49,584 nt of DNA from Chromera velia (taxonomy: Eukaryota): the NCBI GenBank assembly GCA_018398765.1, contig JAHBMJ010000416.1, positions 1-49,584 of the forward strand, given 5' to 3'. The translations under genes were made by a program, and so were the position numbers. Below, piece after piece: positions 23,753-36,498 of the stretch (the stretch's first letter is position 1; each line of letters opens with the position of its first letter). A model generated the notes under the pieces. The model ran no database searches and had not been told where the DNA came from. It saw only the letters and a program-made list of their open reading frames with translations.

Positions 23753-25529
23753 GAAGACCCTGAGTCGGCTGCATGAAGGGAGTTAATCAAACTGTGATGA
23801 TTATATGTCTCTCGTTTTTTGGCTGTGTTATTTTATTATCTGCGTGCTTGCATGCACTCCTTAAAGTGAATCTAAGTTGCCTTTCGAAGTATTATTTGTG
23901 TATGCAAATTGCTTTAACTGTCTTTTGTTGAAGCAAGAATGTGTGCGGTGCGTGATGCGCCGCGGAGTGGTGTGCTTTAGCCTTGATTTTGGGATCTTTC
24001 CGGCACCGCTCTCGCCTGCGCTCTGCCTACGTTGCATCCATGTTTTTTCTTGTGGTTTCCTTCATATCGCACTTTTTGTAAGTTTCCTTCTGAAATGTGC
24101 GTGCACGACCCGTCGTGTCTATGGACAGGATTTTTCTTCTCTGGGTTTCTTTCGGTAACAGAAGAGCATAGCCTTTCAGTGTCATGTCTGGCCTCAGTTC
24201 TTCCGGGTCTTCGCTTCCCTTGCTTGAGTGCGCTTGCCTTTCTAGGCCTGGCGTTAGTCAACTAGTGATCGATCGAGGTTCCGTCTGGATCACCCGGCCT
24301 CCGTGTCATGTGGCTTGGGTTAGTGCCTAGGTTTCTGACCCTATGGTGTACGCTTCTAGGGCACAAACCTATGCCGGCGCCTAGGCCTGGCGGTGAGCTC
24401 AATATCATCATATACATGGACGTACACAGGACAGGAGCAGAGAGGGCTGCAATGTATATGCAAAAAGACAAGCAAGTTTTTGCTCACAGTCCCAATTCTC
24501 TTCTCAGAGCTAGACCGACATTTTCATCATATTTTTCATCGGATCGATCCCACCATTTCTTATACTCTTTAGCCGTCCAGTCTGACTCTCGGCGGTGTAT
24601 CAGCCTCTACTCCTTTCGTCGTAAACTCTTCGGCGCGCACGGAGAATATGCATCATGTTCACGCAGAATGTAGGTGCAACTCAAAAACGAAAAAAGGTGT
24701 AGTACTATGTAGTATGTACCAACTAGTACCAACGGAGTACAACGGAGTACTGAGCGGCGAAGTACACAAACTTTTTGTTGTGTGGCTCTTAAGATTTTCT
24801 ATACAAAAAATTGTAAAAAGTAGAGGTAGGAATCGTAGGAGAAGATTAGACTATTATAGTATTGGATTATCATTTAAATTTAGTTATCCACAGAGTTAAA
24901 TTTCATTCAAACTGTAGAACATACAGTAACATACAGCTAACATAAAATTTATCAATAAATTTGAAACATGGATCAGTTTAATACAGTCTAATCATTACTA
25001 ATCACTTAATTACTTCACATGTTGAAGTTAATATCAAGTTACGGTTTAACCATGCACTATGCATCAGAAGTTAATTATTCCATTGCTATGAACTTTAACC
25101 ACATACCAGCTGGTATGTCGGCACCACTGCATCAAACAACGATCGCATATATGCATTAGAATGGAGAGTCATCGAAACGAACGACACCTTCGTTCATACA
25201 CAGTCACACAAAGTGCTCACCGGCCTACTTACAGCCTCACAGGGTTGAAACCCTGGCAGAAGGAAAGAAAGGAGACACTCAATCGATCATTCACCCTGCT
25301 TGACCCACCAATCGATCGATCGATCTTCCAACGATTTCCTCTCTTTCTCTTTGCCCTTTCTTCCCTCCTTTTCGATTGCACCTGACAACCACCTCTCTTT
25401 CCTTCTCTTCTCTTACCTTCTTCTGTCTGGCTGCACCCAATGGACCCATCTCGTCCTGTCTCCGGCATAGGAGGGCAGCCTGCGGGGTCACTGAACGAGT
25501 GAATGAATGAATGGATAGGGGAAAAGGGC

Positions 25530-25536
25530 AAAGAAA

Positions 25537-25572
<36 letters not shown>

Positions 25573-25672
25573 GAAAGAAAAAAGGAAGGAAAGAAAGAAA
25601 GAAAAAAGGAAGGAAGGAAGGAAGGAAGGAAAGAAGGAAAGAAAGAAAGCAAGAAAGAAAGAAAGAAAGAAA
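25530..25672. repeat. (AAAG)n/(AAGG)n microsatellite
   Basis: Directly visible. Confidence 0.9.
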
Positions 25673-28600
25673 GAGGGGAATCGAATGACCATTCCGACAG
25701 AAACCAACAAAGAAAGAAAAAAACCAATACAGGAACAGGGAAAGATGCAGCCAGCTATACAGAAAAGAAGGAGCTGTACCGTGAGAACAAATAAATGACT
25801 CAGTCAGTCAATGTTTGAGTGAGTGAGTGAGGGGCTGGGTGGTCGGACTTCGAGTCGACCATGAGGAAAGGAGGGAAAGAGACTAGAAGCGGTGAGAGGA
25901 AAACATGACAGGCAGACAGGAAAAAGAAAGATCGATAGGGGAATCCCTACATCGAGCCCCCCAAGGAAAGGAGAGAATTACAAACTGCCTCCAGGAATGA
26001 ATTCACTGCAACACAGCTGCAGCCAAACGGCAAGAATTAGGTCAAGCTCTTCCTGGCACCTAGGTTCGCCTTTTGCCTCCCTGTGTCTTCCTTTCGCATT
26101 TCCTTCTTGTTGTCTTTGTTCCGTTTCTTCTTTCCCTTGTTGCCATTCTGTGATTTGTATCTAGATCCGCAAGCGTGCCTGTCTCACGTGACAGAGACAC
26201 ACGCCCGGCCTTCCTTCGGTCGCCTCACAGGATCCTCTCATGACCCCCCCCCCGTCCTCTCTCTCTCTACAGGCCGATAGATCTTTCCATCGATCCAAGA
26301 GAGAAAAGAAAAGAAAAGAGAAACAGTGAAGAAAGGCCGGGGATATGGGGGCAGACGAGCGAGCGCTCTAGCTCGTCACCGAGTCCGCCCACCAGTCAGT
26401 CAGAGTCTCTCCCCCATTCCCCACTCAGAAGGGAAGAGAGAAAGTGAGAAAGGTTGATTGAAGGTAGGGATCTTCCCTCCATCCCTCCTTTATCTGAAAG
26501 AGGAAGAGGAGATGAAGGACAATAATGGAAGAGGAGGTCTCTCTCTCTCTCTCTCTTGATCGATCGATCGACGGACTGCCTGAGGAAAGAAGAGGATGCA
26601 ACAGAAGACGGCAGCATGCGGCAAGGAAACCCCTCCCCTCAACCGAGCCCTTGCAAGAAGAGAGTGGAGGCAGGAACGAGAGAGACACACTGACTGCAGG
26701 GAAGGAAGGCCATCTGAAGGAATCATCTTCTGTCGACACAGGAAGGGAAGCAATTGATGGAAGGAAGGAAGCTTTACCCACCGACCTACCTGCATAACCC
26801 TGTGCTTTTTTCCGTTCTCTAATCCGGTTTGTTTATCATTGTTTATTGTACAAACAGCGCTCGAGCAAGAGAAAGAAAACAATCGCTCCCTTCTTTCCCA
26901 TGCATCCCCCGAGTTTCCCCGTCCCTCCTTTCTTTTCCTCTCTCACACAATTGAACAATCGTATACAAACACCCCGAAGAGAGGGGAGGAAAGAATTGTG
27001 AGAGAGAAGAGTTAGAGAAGCAGCTCATGACTTGTCCAGCAGACGATGGACTGACACAAAAAACGAAAGAGGAAGTGTGACTGAGAAATCAGCGCAATGA
27101 CAAACACGGACGGACAGACTGACAGACAGACAACCCACGCACCCATCTGACCGTCACGCAGACAGTCACTCAGTCCGCCCCCCCACCCCCCCACGTGCGG
27201 CCGGGAAGGAAGGAACACAGGCAGGTACAGACACAGACAGAATCGAAGACCAACCAATCAGCGTGCGTGCGTGCGTGCAAACGCACAAGCAACCCAACAA
27301 AGATTCTGAAGACCAACAGACAGACACACACCCCTCGCCTCCTTCCTGCCTCCTGCATGTCTGACGCTTGCACAGCCCCAAAAGAAATGAAAGGAAAGCG
27401 GAAAAGAAAGAAAGTTGTGCAAGGAAACAGCAGCAGACCCGAAGGACCTTGCAAGAAAGAAAGGACAGAATACCAAAAAGAAATCCAACGCACCCGACCA
27501 ATCAAAGCAAGCACGTCTACTTCTTCCACCTCGCCCCGCCCTCCTTCGCTCGTGTCGAGAGAAACAGAGGAGAGAGAGAAGTTTCCTCTTCTCAAAAGAA
27601 GAAAGAAGGATGGAAGAGAGAGAGGGCGATCCACGGATGTTCCAAACAAACTAAAGGACGCTACTGAAAGTGTCTCTTTGTTTGTTGTCCCTCCCTCCCC
27701 CCCCCCTCTCTTTCAATCCGCTCAGACTCTTCGTTCCTCTCATCAACCTTCCTCCTCTTTTGTTTCCGATGTAAGAGAGGGTTTCCTTTCTTCCTTCCTT
27801 CCTTCCTTCTACTCGAAATAAGTAAGACAGGATGCATGGAGAGGGAGGAGGAATTGCTTGCCCTCTCTCTTCTCGGCTTCCTTTCTGTAAGCTCTGCCGG
27901 TGCTTCTGCTTACAAAGAAAGAAGAACGAGAGAAACCTTCCCTTCCCTTCCCTGGGAATGCCAAGCCAAACCAAAAAGGCAAGTCAAGTCGAGAGAGAAA
28001 CTTATGGGGAGGGACTCTGTCTCTCTCGTGTTTGTTGTCTGCTCTCATATTCTCTTCCCAGTTCTCTGCTCTGCTCTGCTTGGTTGTGTTGTAACTCACG
28101 GACGTTGCGAGATGGTGAAAGTGAAAGTAGAAGAGCAGTGGCGGAGCCAGATGGTGGTATCCCTGTCTCTCTCTTCACTTGTTCGATTCGGTCAGGTGCC
28201 AAGCAATCGCACATCAGTTCATTCGGTGTGGAGAAAGAAAAGAAAAGAAATGGCCTGGTCGAAGAAACTTTCTTGAGAGAAGGGAGGGGAGTCAAAGAGG
28301 GGCGGGAGGGGAGTTACCCCTCCTCCCCCCACTCCGTTTGTTGGTCTCATTCTTCTCTGGCTCACACGTTCTTCGTAAGCTTTTTCCATCCCTTACTCCC
28401 TTCACCAGTCGCATTCTCCCCCAGGCCTGCCCTGTAGATTCTCTTTTCTCCCCATTCTGAGGTTCTTCATTCAGTGTGTCAGTCAAAGAGAAGAAAGAAG
28501 TCGATTGCTTCACTCTCCCGCAGACAACAGACAGACAAAGCAACAAAATAAAAAAAAAAAAGTTCAATCAATCAATATATGTACACGAGGAGGGGACATG

Positions 28601-29023
28601 CAGGGGGAGAGAGAGAAAGGACGACTAACTCAAAGATTCCATTCCCTCCCTACCTCCCCCCTCCCTCCTCTCTTCTTCCCCTCATAGAAGACAAAAAGAA
28701 GCCGAGGGGCAAAACAAACGCAAACTAGCGAAGGAACACACAAACCCAGACGCACTGACACACAGATACAGAGAGCTAAAAAACCGTCAATCATCACGGG
28801 CCCAACCAGCCAACGGGCACCCTCCACCCCACTCCGTCCCTCCGTCCCTCCCTCCCTCCTGTTCATGTCCCGTCGGAAAAGAGAGCTGCACAAGAAAGAG
28901 AGGAAAGGAAAAGAGAAAAGAAAGAAAGAAAGCAATAAATCAATCAATCCAAGATCCCAATATACTAACCAACCAACCAACCAACCCCACACGCACGCAC
29001 GCACCCGACCAGACCAGGTCAAA

Positions 29024-32000
29024 TCAGATCATCACGAATTCATCCCCCTCCCCTTCCCCCTCCGCCTCCATCTCGTCACCGTCTTCATCCAGATGCACGG
29101 CTGCAAACAGAAAGAAGCAGAAGCAAACACACACACAGACAGACAGGCAGGCAGAGAAAAAGAATTAAGGGGATCAGATTACAATTGAGAGAGGGAACAG
29201 AACAAGCAGGATAACAAGAGTCACGGTGACATATCGACAGAGAGAAACAACGTGTCCGTCCAAGCCTCTGTTTCGTCTCTGCGACAGAATACGAAGTTGA
29301 TGGGCTTCTCTTCCTCTTTTTTTTTTTTCGTGTGTGTATCTGTGAGTGTGTGTGTAAGTGCAATGTGCATCAGCGAACACCCAGACTGAGGGAGACAATT
29401 AATTGTCTCATGATCAACTATCCATTCATATGCAGAGCTCTCCACCGATCCTTCCTCCAGTGAAATAAAAAAAGAAATCTTCCTCACACTGACTGACTGA
29501 CTGACTGACCTCTCATCATGTCTGCCCTGTATGTGTACTTGGGTCTCCTCGGGAAGACCTCAAAGACGTCCTGATGGGGGTCTAGGGCCCTCAGACGTTC
29601 CAATAAGTCCTCAAACTCTCCCGTGTCCTGCAGACAGACAGACACGCAGACAGGCAAAGAGGCATGAATCACTGAGGGAGGGAGGGGCAGAAAGACGGAC
29701 AGACGAGAGACGAATATACGAGAAAGGAATATTGACAGAGACGGAGACAACAAACTACAGGATTGAAAAAACGACGGAGAGACGCTTTAAAAAAATGCGT
29801 CCTTTTTCCCCCGATCCTTTTTTTTATTCATTGTCTTCTCTCTACTATGCAATGCCTTTTCATCATTTCTCTTTTCTGTTCTAAACCGTTTTGAACAAAG
29901 AGAGCACAAGATGCGCCAGTCAGTCAGTCAGTTCATCCTTACCCAGCTCGGCCTCGCTCCCTCCCTCTCTTCCTTGAAGCTCTCTCTCGGGTCATCCATC
30001 CATCCATCGACTCCCTGCCCCCCTGCCTGCTTGTCTGACTGCCGGCCTGCCTGCCTGCCTCCCTGCTTGTCTGACTGACTGCCTCCCTGCCTCCCTGCTT
30101 GTCTGACTGACTGCCTCCCTGCCTCCCTGCTTGTCTGACTGACTGCCTCCCTGCCTGCCTGCTTGTCTGCCTGCCTGCCTCCCTGCTTGTCTGTCTGACT
30201 GACCCGACAGAGAAAGTTTGCACACATGGACGGATTGAGCGCGCTCCACTGGAGTTGCCTGGGCTCACCCGGCCTGAGCTGGGATGACTTCTCAGGCTCC
30301 AGGGGGGAGGACGCAGAAGAAGAGGAAGAGGAGGAGTTGGACTGGCCGGAAGAGGGGGGGGGTGAGGGATTCAGGTTGGGGTTCGAGTAAGGGAAGTTGG
30401 TTGTAGCTATGCAGCTGGATGTTTGGCCCGTCGGGGCGTTTGTAGAGGAATCGGAGGATGAGGGGGCTCCTGCTGTGTGGTCCTTTTGTCCTTCTCTCTC
30501 TGCGGAGGGGATTGGGGAGGATGAGGAAGAGGAGGAGAAGGTGACGCACGCAGAGGCACCCGGTCGGGCTGTTGCAGTGCCGGCTGCTTCTGCACTGCTT
30601 CTTCCGTTCTCTGGTGCCGCGTCTGTGCAATTCATCCCCCCTCCATCTCCTTCGATCTCCATGCTGTCTGGTTGCCTTGCCTGAAGATCCTTTGAACAGT
30701 TGGCAGGTGGGGTGGGAGAGGGAGACGGGGAGGGGGGTGAGAGTGGTGAGGTCTCTCGGTCTCTTGGTTCTGGATCCTCTTGTGTGTTTGCAGCTGCCGG
30801 AAGATGAAGCGGCACGGCAAGAGAGACCGCTTGAGCAGGGGGCAGAGACAGAGGCAAAGCATCATCGTCACTCATGACCTCACCCTCAATGGCCGAACGG
30901 AAGTTTAGATTTGGGGGGGAGTCTATCCTTTCTCTGTCTGCTGCTGCAGTGCCTGTATGGGGACTTTCAGTGATATCCGAAGGTGCGTGACAGAACTGTG
31001 CACTCCCGCTCTGAGACCTGTCTACGACGTTCCATCTGTCCCCCCCTCTCCACTGACCGGCCCATGAGGCACCTGCAGGCTCTCTGCCGTCTCTGTGATG
31101 CGATGATGGCATCTCTCCTTTGACCTCTGGTGGGCCCCTTTCACGCGCGCTGTGCGGGGGCAGCGTTCCGGGGTCGTGGGGGGGAGGGGAGGTCGAGGCA
31201 GAGGGCACTGCAGTGGTCTCCCCCCCCTGCACGCTCACGCTCACGTCCTTCCAACCACCTGAATGGACGCTCGATGCTGCAGACAGAGGACGCCCTCTCT
31301 CCCTCTCCACTGAAGAAGGGACACCTTGATGAGATCTTTCTCTTTCCCTCTCCATCCCCCCGTCTCTCCCACTCACTCCCCTGGGAGGACCAGAGGAAGA
31401 GACGGAGGACCCAACCGAAGTGAACGCAGGCTGGACTTTTACGTGCGGGTCCAGGTAGTACACGTTCTCGTTGTTCGCCGCCACAAAGAAATAAGCAGAC
31501 GTCGTCGGGCCCCCACCTGGAAGGAAGGAATAAGGCGATCGTGTGTGTACAGACGGGTGTACAGACGGGTGGATGGATGGATGGATAAAGCGTTAGACAC
31601 TCAGATACCCAACGTTCGAACAGACACATGCAGAAAAAGACAGACAGGCTTGCTGCATGAGGACGACTGAAATAGAAGCGAAAAAGGCGATCCAATCAAG
31701 GGGAGAGTTGAGCGGAAAGACGCTACAATAGTGAACAGAAGGGACCCTCTAAAGACAGAAACGGCAGAAACAAACAAACACAGAGAGAAGGAAGGAAGAA
31801 GGAGAGGAAGGAAGGAAGGAAGGAAGGGAGGAAGGGAAGGAAGGAAGGAAGGAAGGAAGGAAGGAGGGAAGGAAGGAAGGAAGGAAGGAAGAAAGGAACA
31901 GCAAACCGACCCACCCGAGAGTCCCTGAAATTGCGGCACAGAGAAGCAAGACTGGATCTGTGCCTGGTACAACTCCTGGTTAAACCGATCGTTTCCCAGA

Positions 32001-33883
32001 CGGACACACACCATCAACATCAGGCCGCTGCATAAATAAGCAGAGAGAGAAGAAAAAGAGGGAGGGAAGACGTGGAGAAGCAGGAGATGCATAGAACAAA
32101 AAGAGGAAGTGCAGGACTGTACGGCTTGCACTTTGAGTCACTCAATCCTTTCCTTCGCCCCTCTGTTGTTCTCTTTCTCTTCTCTTTTCCTCATCTTCAT
32201 CATCAGCGTCAACGTCAACCTTTCGTCTTCTTTCGATCTGCCCTGCAGGTCCTTCCGCTCCTCTCCCTCTCTGTGTTGCTTTCTGTTCTCAAAGAAGAAA
32301 GAATCCGTGACAGACAAAAGAGAGACAAGAGACGTCCTCTCCTTTCTTTCGTCTATCCCACACACTCTCGAGTGACTGAATGAAAGTGTCCACTCATTGG
32401 TACCTTCTATGTCTCCGGATATGCCGCATCCCTGTAAGATGAATCAACCAAAAAAACGACAAACGTACGTGCACGGAGGTCCTTTCTCCGTCTTCGCCCC
32501 AAAAGAAGACGAAGAGAGGTCCTCCCTCTCCTTCTCGTTTTCTTCTTCAAATTTCCCCCCCGATGCCGAACTCTTCCCCTCTCCTCCTCCAACCAGATCG
32601 CCGCCATTGCAGCACAAAGAAGAATCCAAGGGCACGGAGATACTCCCATCCCCATCGGCCCCTTCCCCTCGAATGTGCCCCCCTTCCCCAGCAGCCCCTC
32701 CCTCTACCTCCTGAAGAGACGTCGGCGAATCTTCAGGGGGAGTCACACCGAACGCGTCGTAGACCTGAATGAAGGAGGGCCAAGACACGCACGTACAGCT
32801 ACACATACCAACGATAGCAGTTTGGTCAAAGATTTCCAACCGAAACCGTCTCAAAGAAAAGACAGGGAAGATCGTACAGGTTTGAGAAAGACAAAGGTCA
32901 GACGCCCCCTTCTTTGTAAACAAAAGCACACACAGCACCCAAGGATAGAAAGAGAATCGAAAGAGACGGAGACAGCGCAGAAAGATGATGAATTGCCCAT
33001 TCACTTCGTTCTCTCTGTGCGCCCTTCTTATAGCTGCTGTCTGCTCCCAACCCACCCCTTCCGTGCTCCCCCCCCCCTTTTGGGAGGGAGACTCCCACCA
33101 CCAACTCCTTCAAACACTTGCCCCACTGCCATGACTGACCACATCCTTATATATCGCTCCATCCTCGAAAACGACCGCCCTCAGTCCGAACGAGTGATCT
33201 CGTTGGAGCTCTATCACCCGCCGCATCGCCACTGCCCCACTGGTTGGCCCAAACCAGTCGGCCGCCTGCTTTCCCAGCCCGTGCCCCTCCATCACAAAGT
33301 TGTGCAGAGAGAACGGAGCATCAGGAACGTCTCTGAATCTCTCAATGATCTGAATAAACACACTCGCCTTGTCACTCCAATCACGCAACTCGTCAAATCT
33401 CCAGTCCCGACCCAGGAGGTGGGAAATCATCGTCTGTACCAACGCCATTTGGGTCACTCTGATCATGCACCCCCACCCCGCATCTGTCACAATCGCCCCT
33501 GACGTCCTACTCCAACTGCTGCTTCCACTTGCGACTGTACCATTCGATAACGATGCAGTCCCGTGCGGCAGAATTGGCACGAATCTGTTCCTGTAGGTGA
33601 ACAAGATCTTCGAATTGAAGTCCAACATGAACTTGTCCTTCGAGTCGTTCTGACTCAGGTCATATTCCCGTGCGAGCATAACCACCTTGGGCGGATTAGC
33701 TCTCCAGGGGAAGGGGATCATGTTGATCAACGCATTCTTCACCGCACTCATGGCATTCCCAAACGAGAAGGACGAAGTGGACCTTCCAGCAGGAAGGGGA
33801 GAAGGAGAGGGATCTGCGTCAGGGGAAGCCAAACCACTACCACTGGTGGCAGAGGGCCGCAGCTTTTGACTTCCTCGTGGCAT
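29024..33883 (-). CDS. ATG4: ATG4 autophagy cysteine protease (peptidase C54), about 886 aa; exons 33883-33140, 32764-32469, 32027-31915, 31516-30204, 29627-29510, 29100-29024
   Basis: FTYR, DAGWGCMIR (catalytic Cys), PFSLH, WFGP, VRLG, PQFQGLSGGGP..SAYFF, YLDPH (catalytic Asp/His), LNPSM. All introns are GT-AG and the phases sum to 2661 nt. Confidence 0.93.
30021..30202. repeat. Compound repeat with 28-bp units (CCCTGCTTGTCTGACTGACTGCCTCCCTG-like) in ATG4 intron 4
   Basis: Directly visible; built from (CTGA)/(CCTG) motifs. Confidence 0.85.
31787..31897. repeat. (GGAA)n microsatellite in ATG4 intron 3
   Basis: Directly visible. Confidence 0.9.
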
Positions 33884-34559
33884 TCTGTTTCGTCTTTTCT
33901 TCAAATACGCACAGAGGCTGGTCGTGTTGGTCCACTGACAGTCTGACAGCCTGTAGTGGAGTCAACAATCTATCAACACACCGTCAAGGGCTCGCTCAGC
34001 GAACAAAAGCGAATCCAGCCAAGCCACTAACTCAAATAACTTCTGCCACTTTCTGCTTCGGGTCTACAAGAAGACAAACAGAGAGAGAGAAGAAGAGAGG
34101 CAACAACTTTGTCACAGAGGCCGATCAGGTCTTCTCGACTTGGCAGAAACAAAGCGACGAAGAGATAGGCGCATCCACCAGCACGGCCTCTCTAAAGGCC
34201 TGACAGTCACCTTCCTCTTATTCTTTCGACTTCAACCGAAAGGATCCAGAGAGGTCGCCGGACCACTGCCGAGACAGTCGGGGGTCCTAATGTTGTCTCG
34301 GCCTGGCTCTGCCAGTGGGTCACAGAAATCTCACGCCGGACAACGATGGTAGAAGGCCTCTTGCCACTCTACGAGGACAGGAATTTCATCAGGGTTCTTG
34401 TACTGTCCCTGTGCACATTACCAAATTTGTCGTGTACTTTCAACCGCGGGCAAAGAGTGAAACAACAACACAGAGCTTGAGATACTGGCCAAGCTTTGTC
34501 CGGCTGCAGAATGCTGCAGACTTACGGCTCGCGGTTCGATTTTTGTTCGCCCGAGCCTT

Positions 34560-34870
34560 GCGGTGCATGCATGGCGCAAAATTCGGTCGAATCGCGGGAC
34601 CGTGCGCGCGCTACGATGCGCGCGAGGGTATATCTTCTTTAGTGTCTCTCTGGTCCTTTGTCGGGCCAGTATGCATCTTGCCTAGGGTATATAGGTGTTG
34701 CTCACGAGTTGGTTCAGTCATTCAAAAGAGTGCATGTATCGATCGATCGATTTTAAACAAAATATGCGATGCATGCATGCATGCAAAAAAGCTATATATT
34801 AATATTAATATAGTACCTCGATCCGGCCCTGTATACATGCCTGTACGTATATACGCTGCATGGTCGAGTC
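34560..34870. promoter_or_regulatory. Probable divergent promoter core between ATG4 and the transporter, with TGCATGCA clusters and CGCG boxes
   Basis: TGCATGCA at about 34564 and 34770-34785, GCGCGCG and ATCGCG nearby, AT-rich centre, between head-to-head genes. Function is inferred. Confidence 0.45.
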
Positions 34871-35501
34871 GATCCCCTGTTCTCTTTTCAACGTCTGTGC
34901 ATGTGAATACATATACAGCAGGTGAGCATCCAAGTCAGGAGCCAGCTATGAAAAGGTTCCTTCCGGGCCGTGCGTGAAAGTAGTCAGAAGGATCGATTTA
35001 CAAAACAGAAAAACGACAGAAAAGCACGAATGGAAGGAATTGTGCAGGAAGGCATGCGCCTGGGAAGGTGAAGGCCCCTTTCCTGATTACGAGCCCCTCT
35101 TCTTGCTCTTCTCAAGGACAGAAAACCAAAAAAGTCCTGGTCGACACGACAAATCCTACTGCAAGCAAGCGGAAGAGGTTCTTTGCCGCGGTCCGCAATC
35201 CAAAGGCACAGAGAGACGCCGCCTGCGTGCCTTAATTCGAGACGCCACTTGCCAACCTGTGTCTCTTCTCTTTCTCTCGGAGATTCTTCGTGTTATATAT
35301 ACTTCTGGCCCGCTTTTCAGTCCGAACCCGCCGACTTTTGACATTCGCAACAAGGTGACAGGGCAGAGGACGATCAATCAGACGGTCGACAGCAGTCATT
35401 GAATGGACAAATAAAGAATTAAAGGGAGAATCAAACCACAGTAAGGAAAAAGGGTGCAGGTGAACAAACAAACAAAACAACAAAACAAAACAGAAAGAAG
35501 A

Positions 35502-36220
35502 ATGGAACCCAAAAGTCCAAGCACGAGTCTCCCTGGGGGGACTTCGTTTTTTGCAGAGAAACGGTTGGGTCTTAGGAGAGCCTTCAGTCTGCACGTCTTC
35601 GCAGGTCTGTTGGCGGCTGCGGTTTTTGTCCTTTTTGGAATCTTCGTGGCGCACTTGGAATTCATCGCCAGCAGGGAGTTTGGGGCGTCAAAGGTCCGTG
35701 TGCATGCAAGCATGCATGCATGCACCTGTGCGTGTATATATATAGATCATATATACATTTGTGTGCATCCGCTTCATGCACAAGTTGATTGAAAATTAGA
35801 ACACTTGTGTCTGTTTCTGTGCATGGGCATCCGCTTGCCTGTCTGCCCGTCGACCTGTATGCCTGTCTCTCTGGCAATGTGTGCGGGTGAAAAGAAAAAT
35901 GAGGGGGAAAAATAACACGTGTTATGTGTCTGTCCGTATTTCTGTCTAGTAGTAGCAGACTCTCTCCTGCGTCTCCTTTCTCTCCCTGTTTTGTGTGCCT
36001 TCTTTATTTGATTTGGACAAATGAACCCTCATTCCTTTTCATTTCTGATGAACGTGCACCTGGCTCATGGTTTTTCCTCCTCAACATTTTGTTTGATATC
36101 CCTGCGTTTATCTATCTGCCTCAATGAACAACCAGAAAGACTTTGTTCATGCCCCCTGACTGTCTGTCATAGGTGAGAGGAGGGTTTTTCCAGGGAAATT
36201 CATGAATGATTCAATCATTC

Positions 36221-36275
<55 letters not shown>

Positions 36276-36359
36276 CTGGTTGGTTGGTTGGTTGGTTGGT
36301 TGATTGATTGATTGAATGATTGATTGATTGGTTGAATGATTGATTGATTGGTTGGTTGG

Positions 36360-36405
<46 letters not shown>

Positions 36406-36447
36406 GATTGATTGATTGGTTGAATGATTGATTGATTGGTTGGTTGG

Positions 36448-36498
<51 letters not shown>

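Larger units (their letters stand above)
18061..24409 (+). mobile_element. CRE-type (RT plus restriction-like endonuclease) non-LTR retrotransposon, near full length, decayed
   Basis: Single long frame with RT and REL motifs; (GCCAACCAA)n near the 5' end. Boundaries are taken from a weak candidate TSD (18048-18060 / 24410-24422). Confidence 0.85.

Noticed and set aside
24280..24400. HDV-like ribozyme at the end of the CRE-type element
   Set aside because: I could not assemble the P1/P1.1/P2/P3 pairings by eye; kept only as a generic structured region.
25161..29000. Many short ORFs between the CRE-type element and ATG4
   Set aside because: Purine/pyrimidine-biased simple-repeat sequence with no motifs or consistent exon chain; likely UTR or intergenic. 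A small gene cannot be excluded.
34315..35402. 220-aa and 142-aa plus-strand ORFs
   Set aside because: They start at non-ATG codons, run through promoter-like TGCATGCA/AT-rich DNA and show no protein-like motifs.
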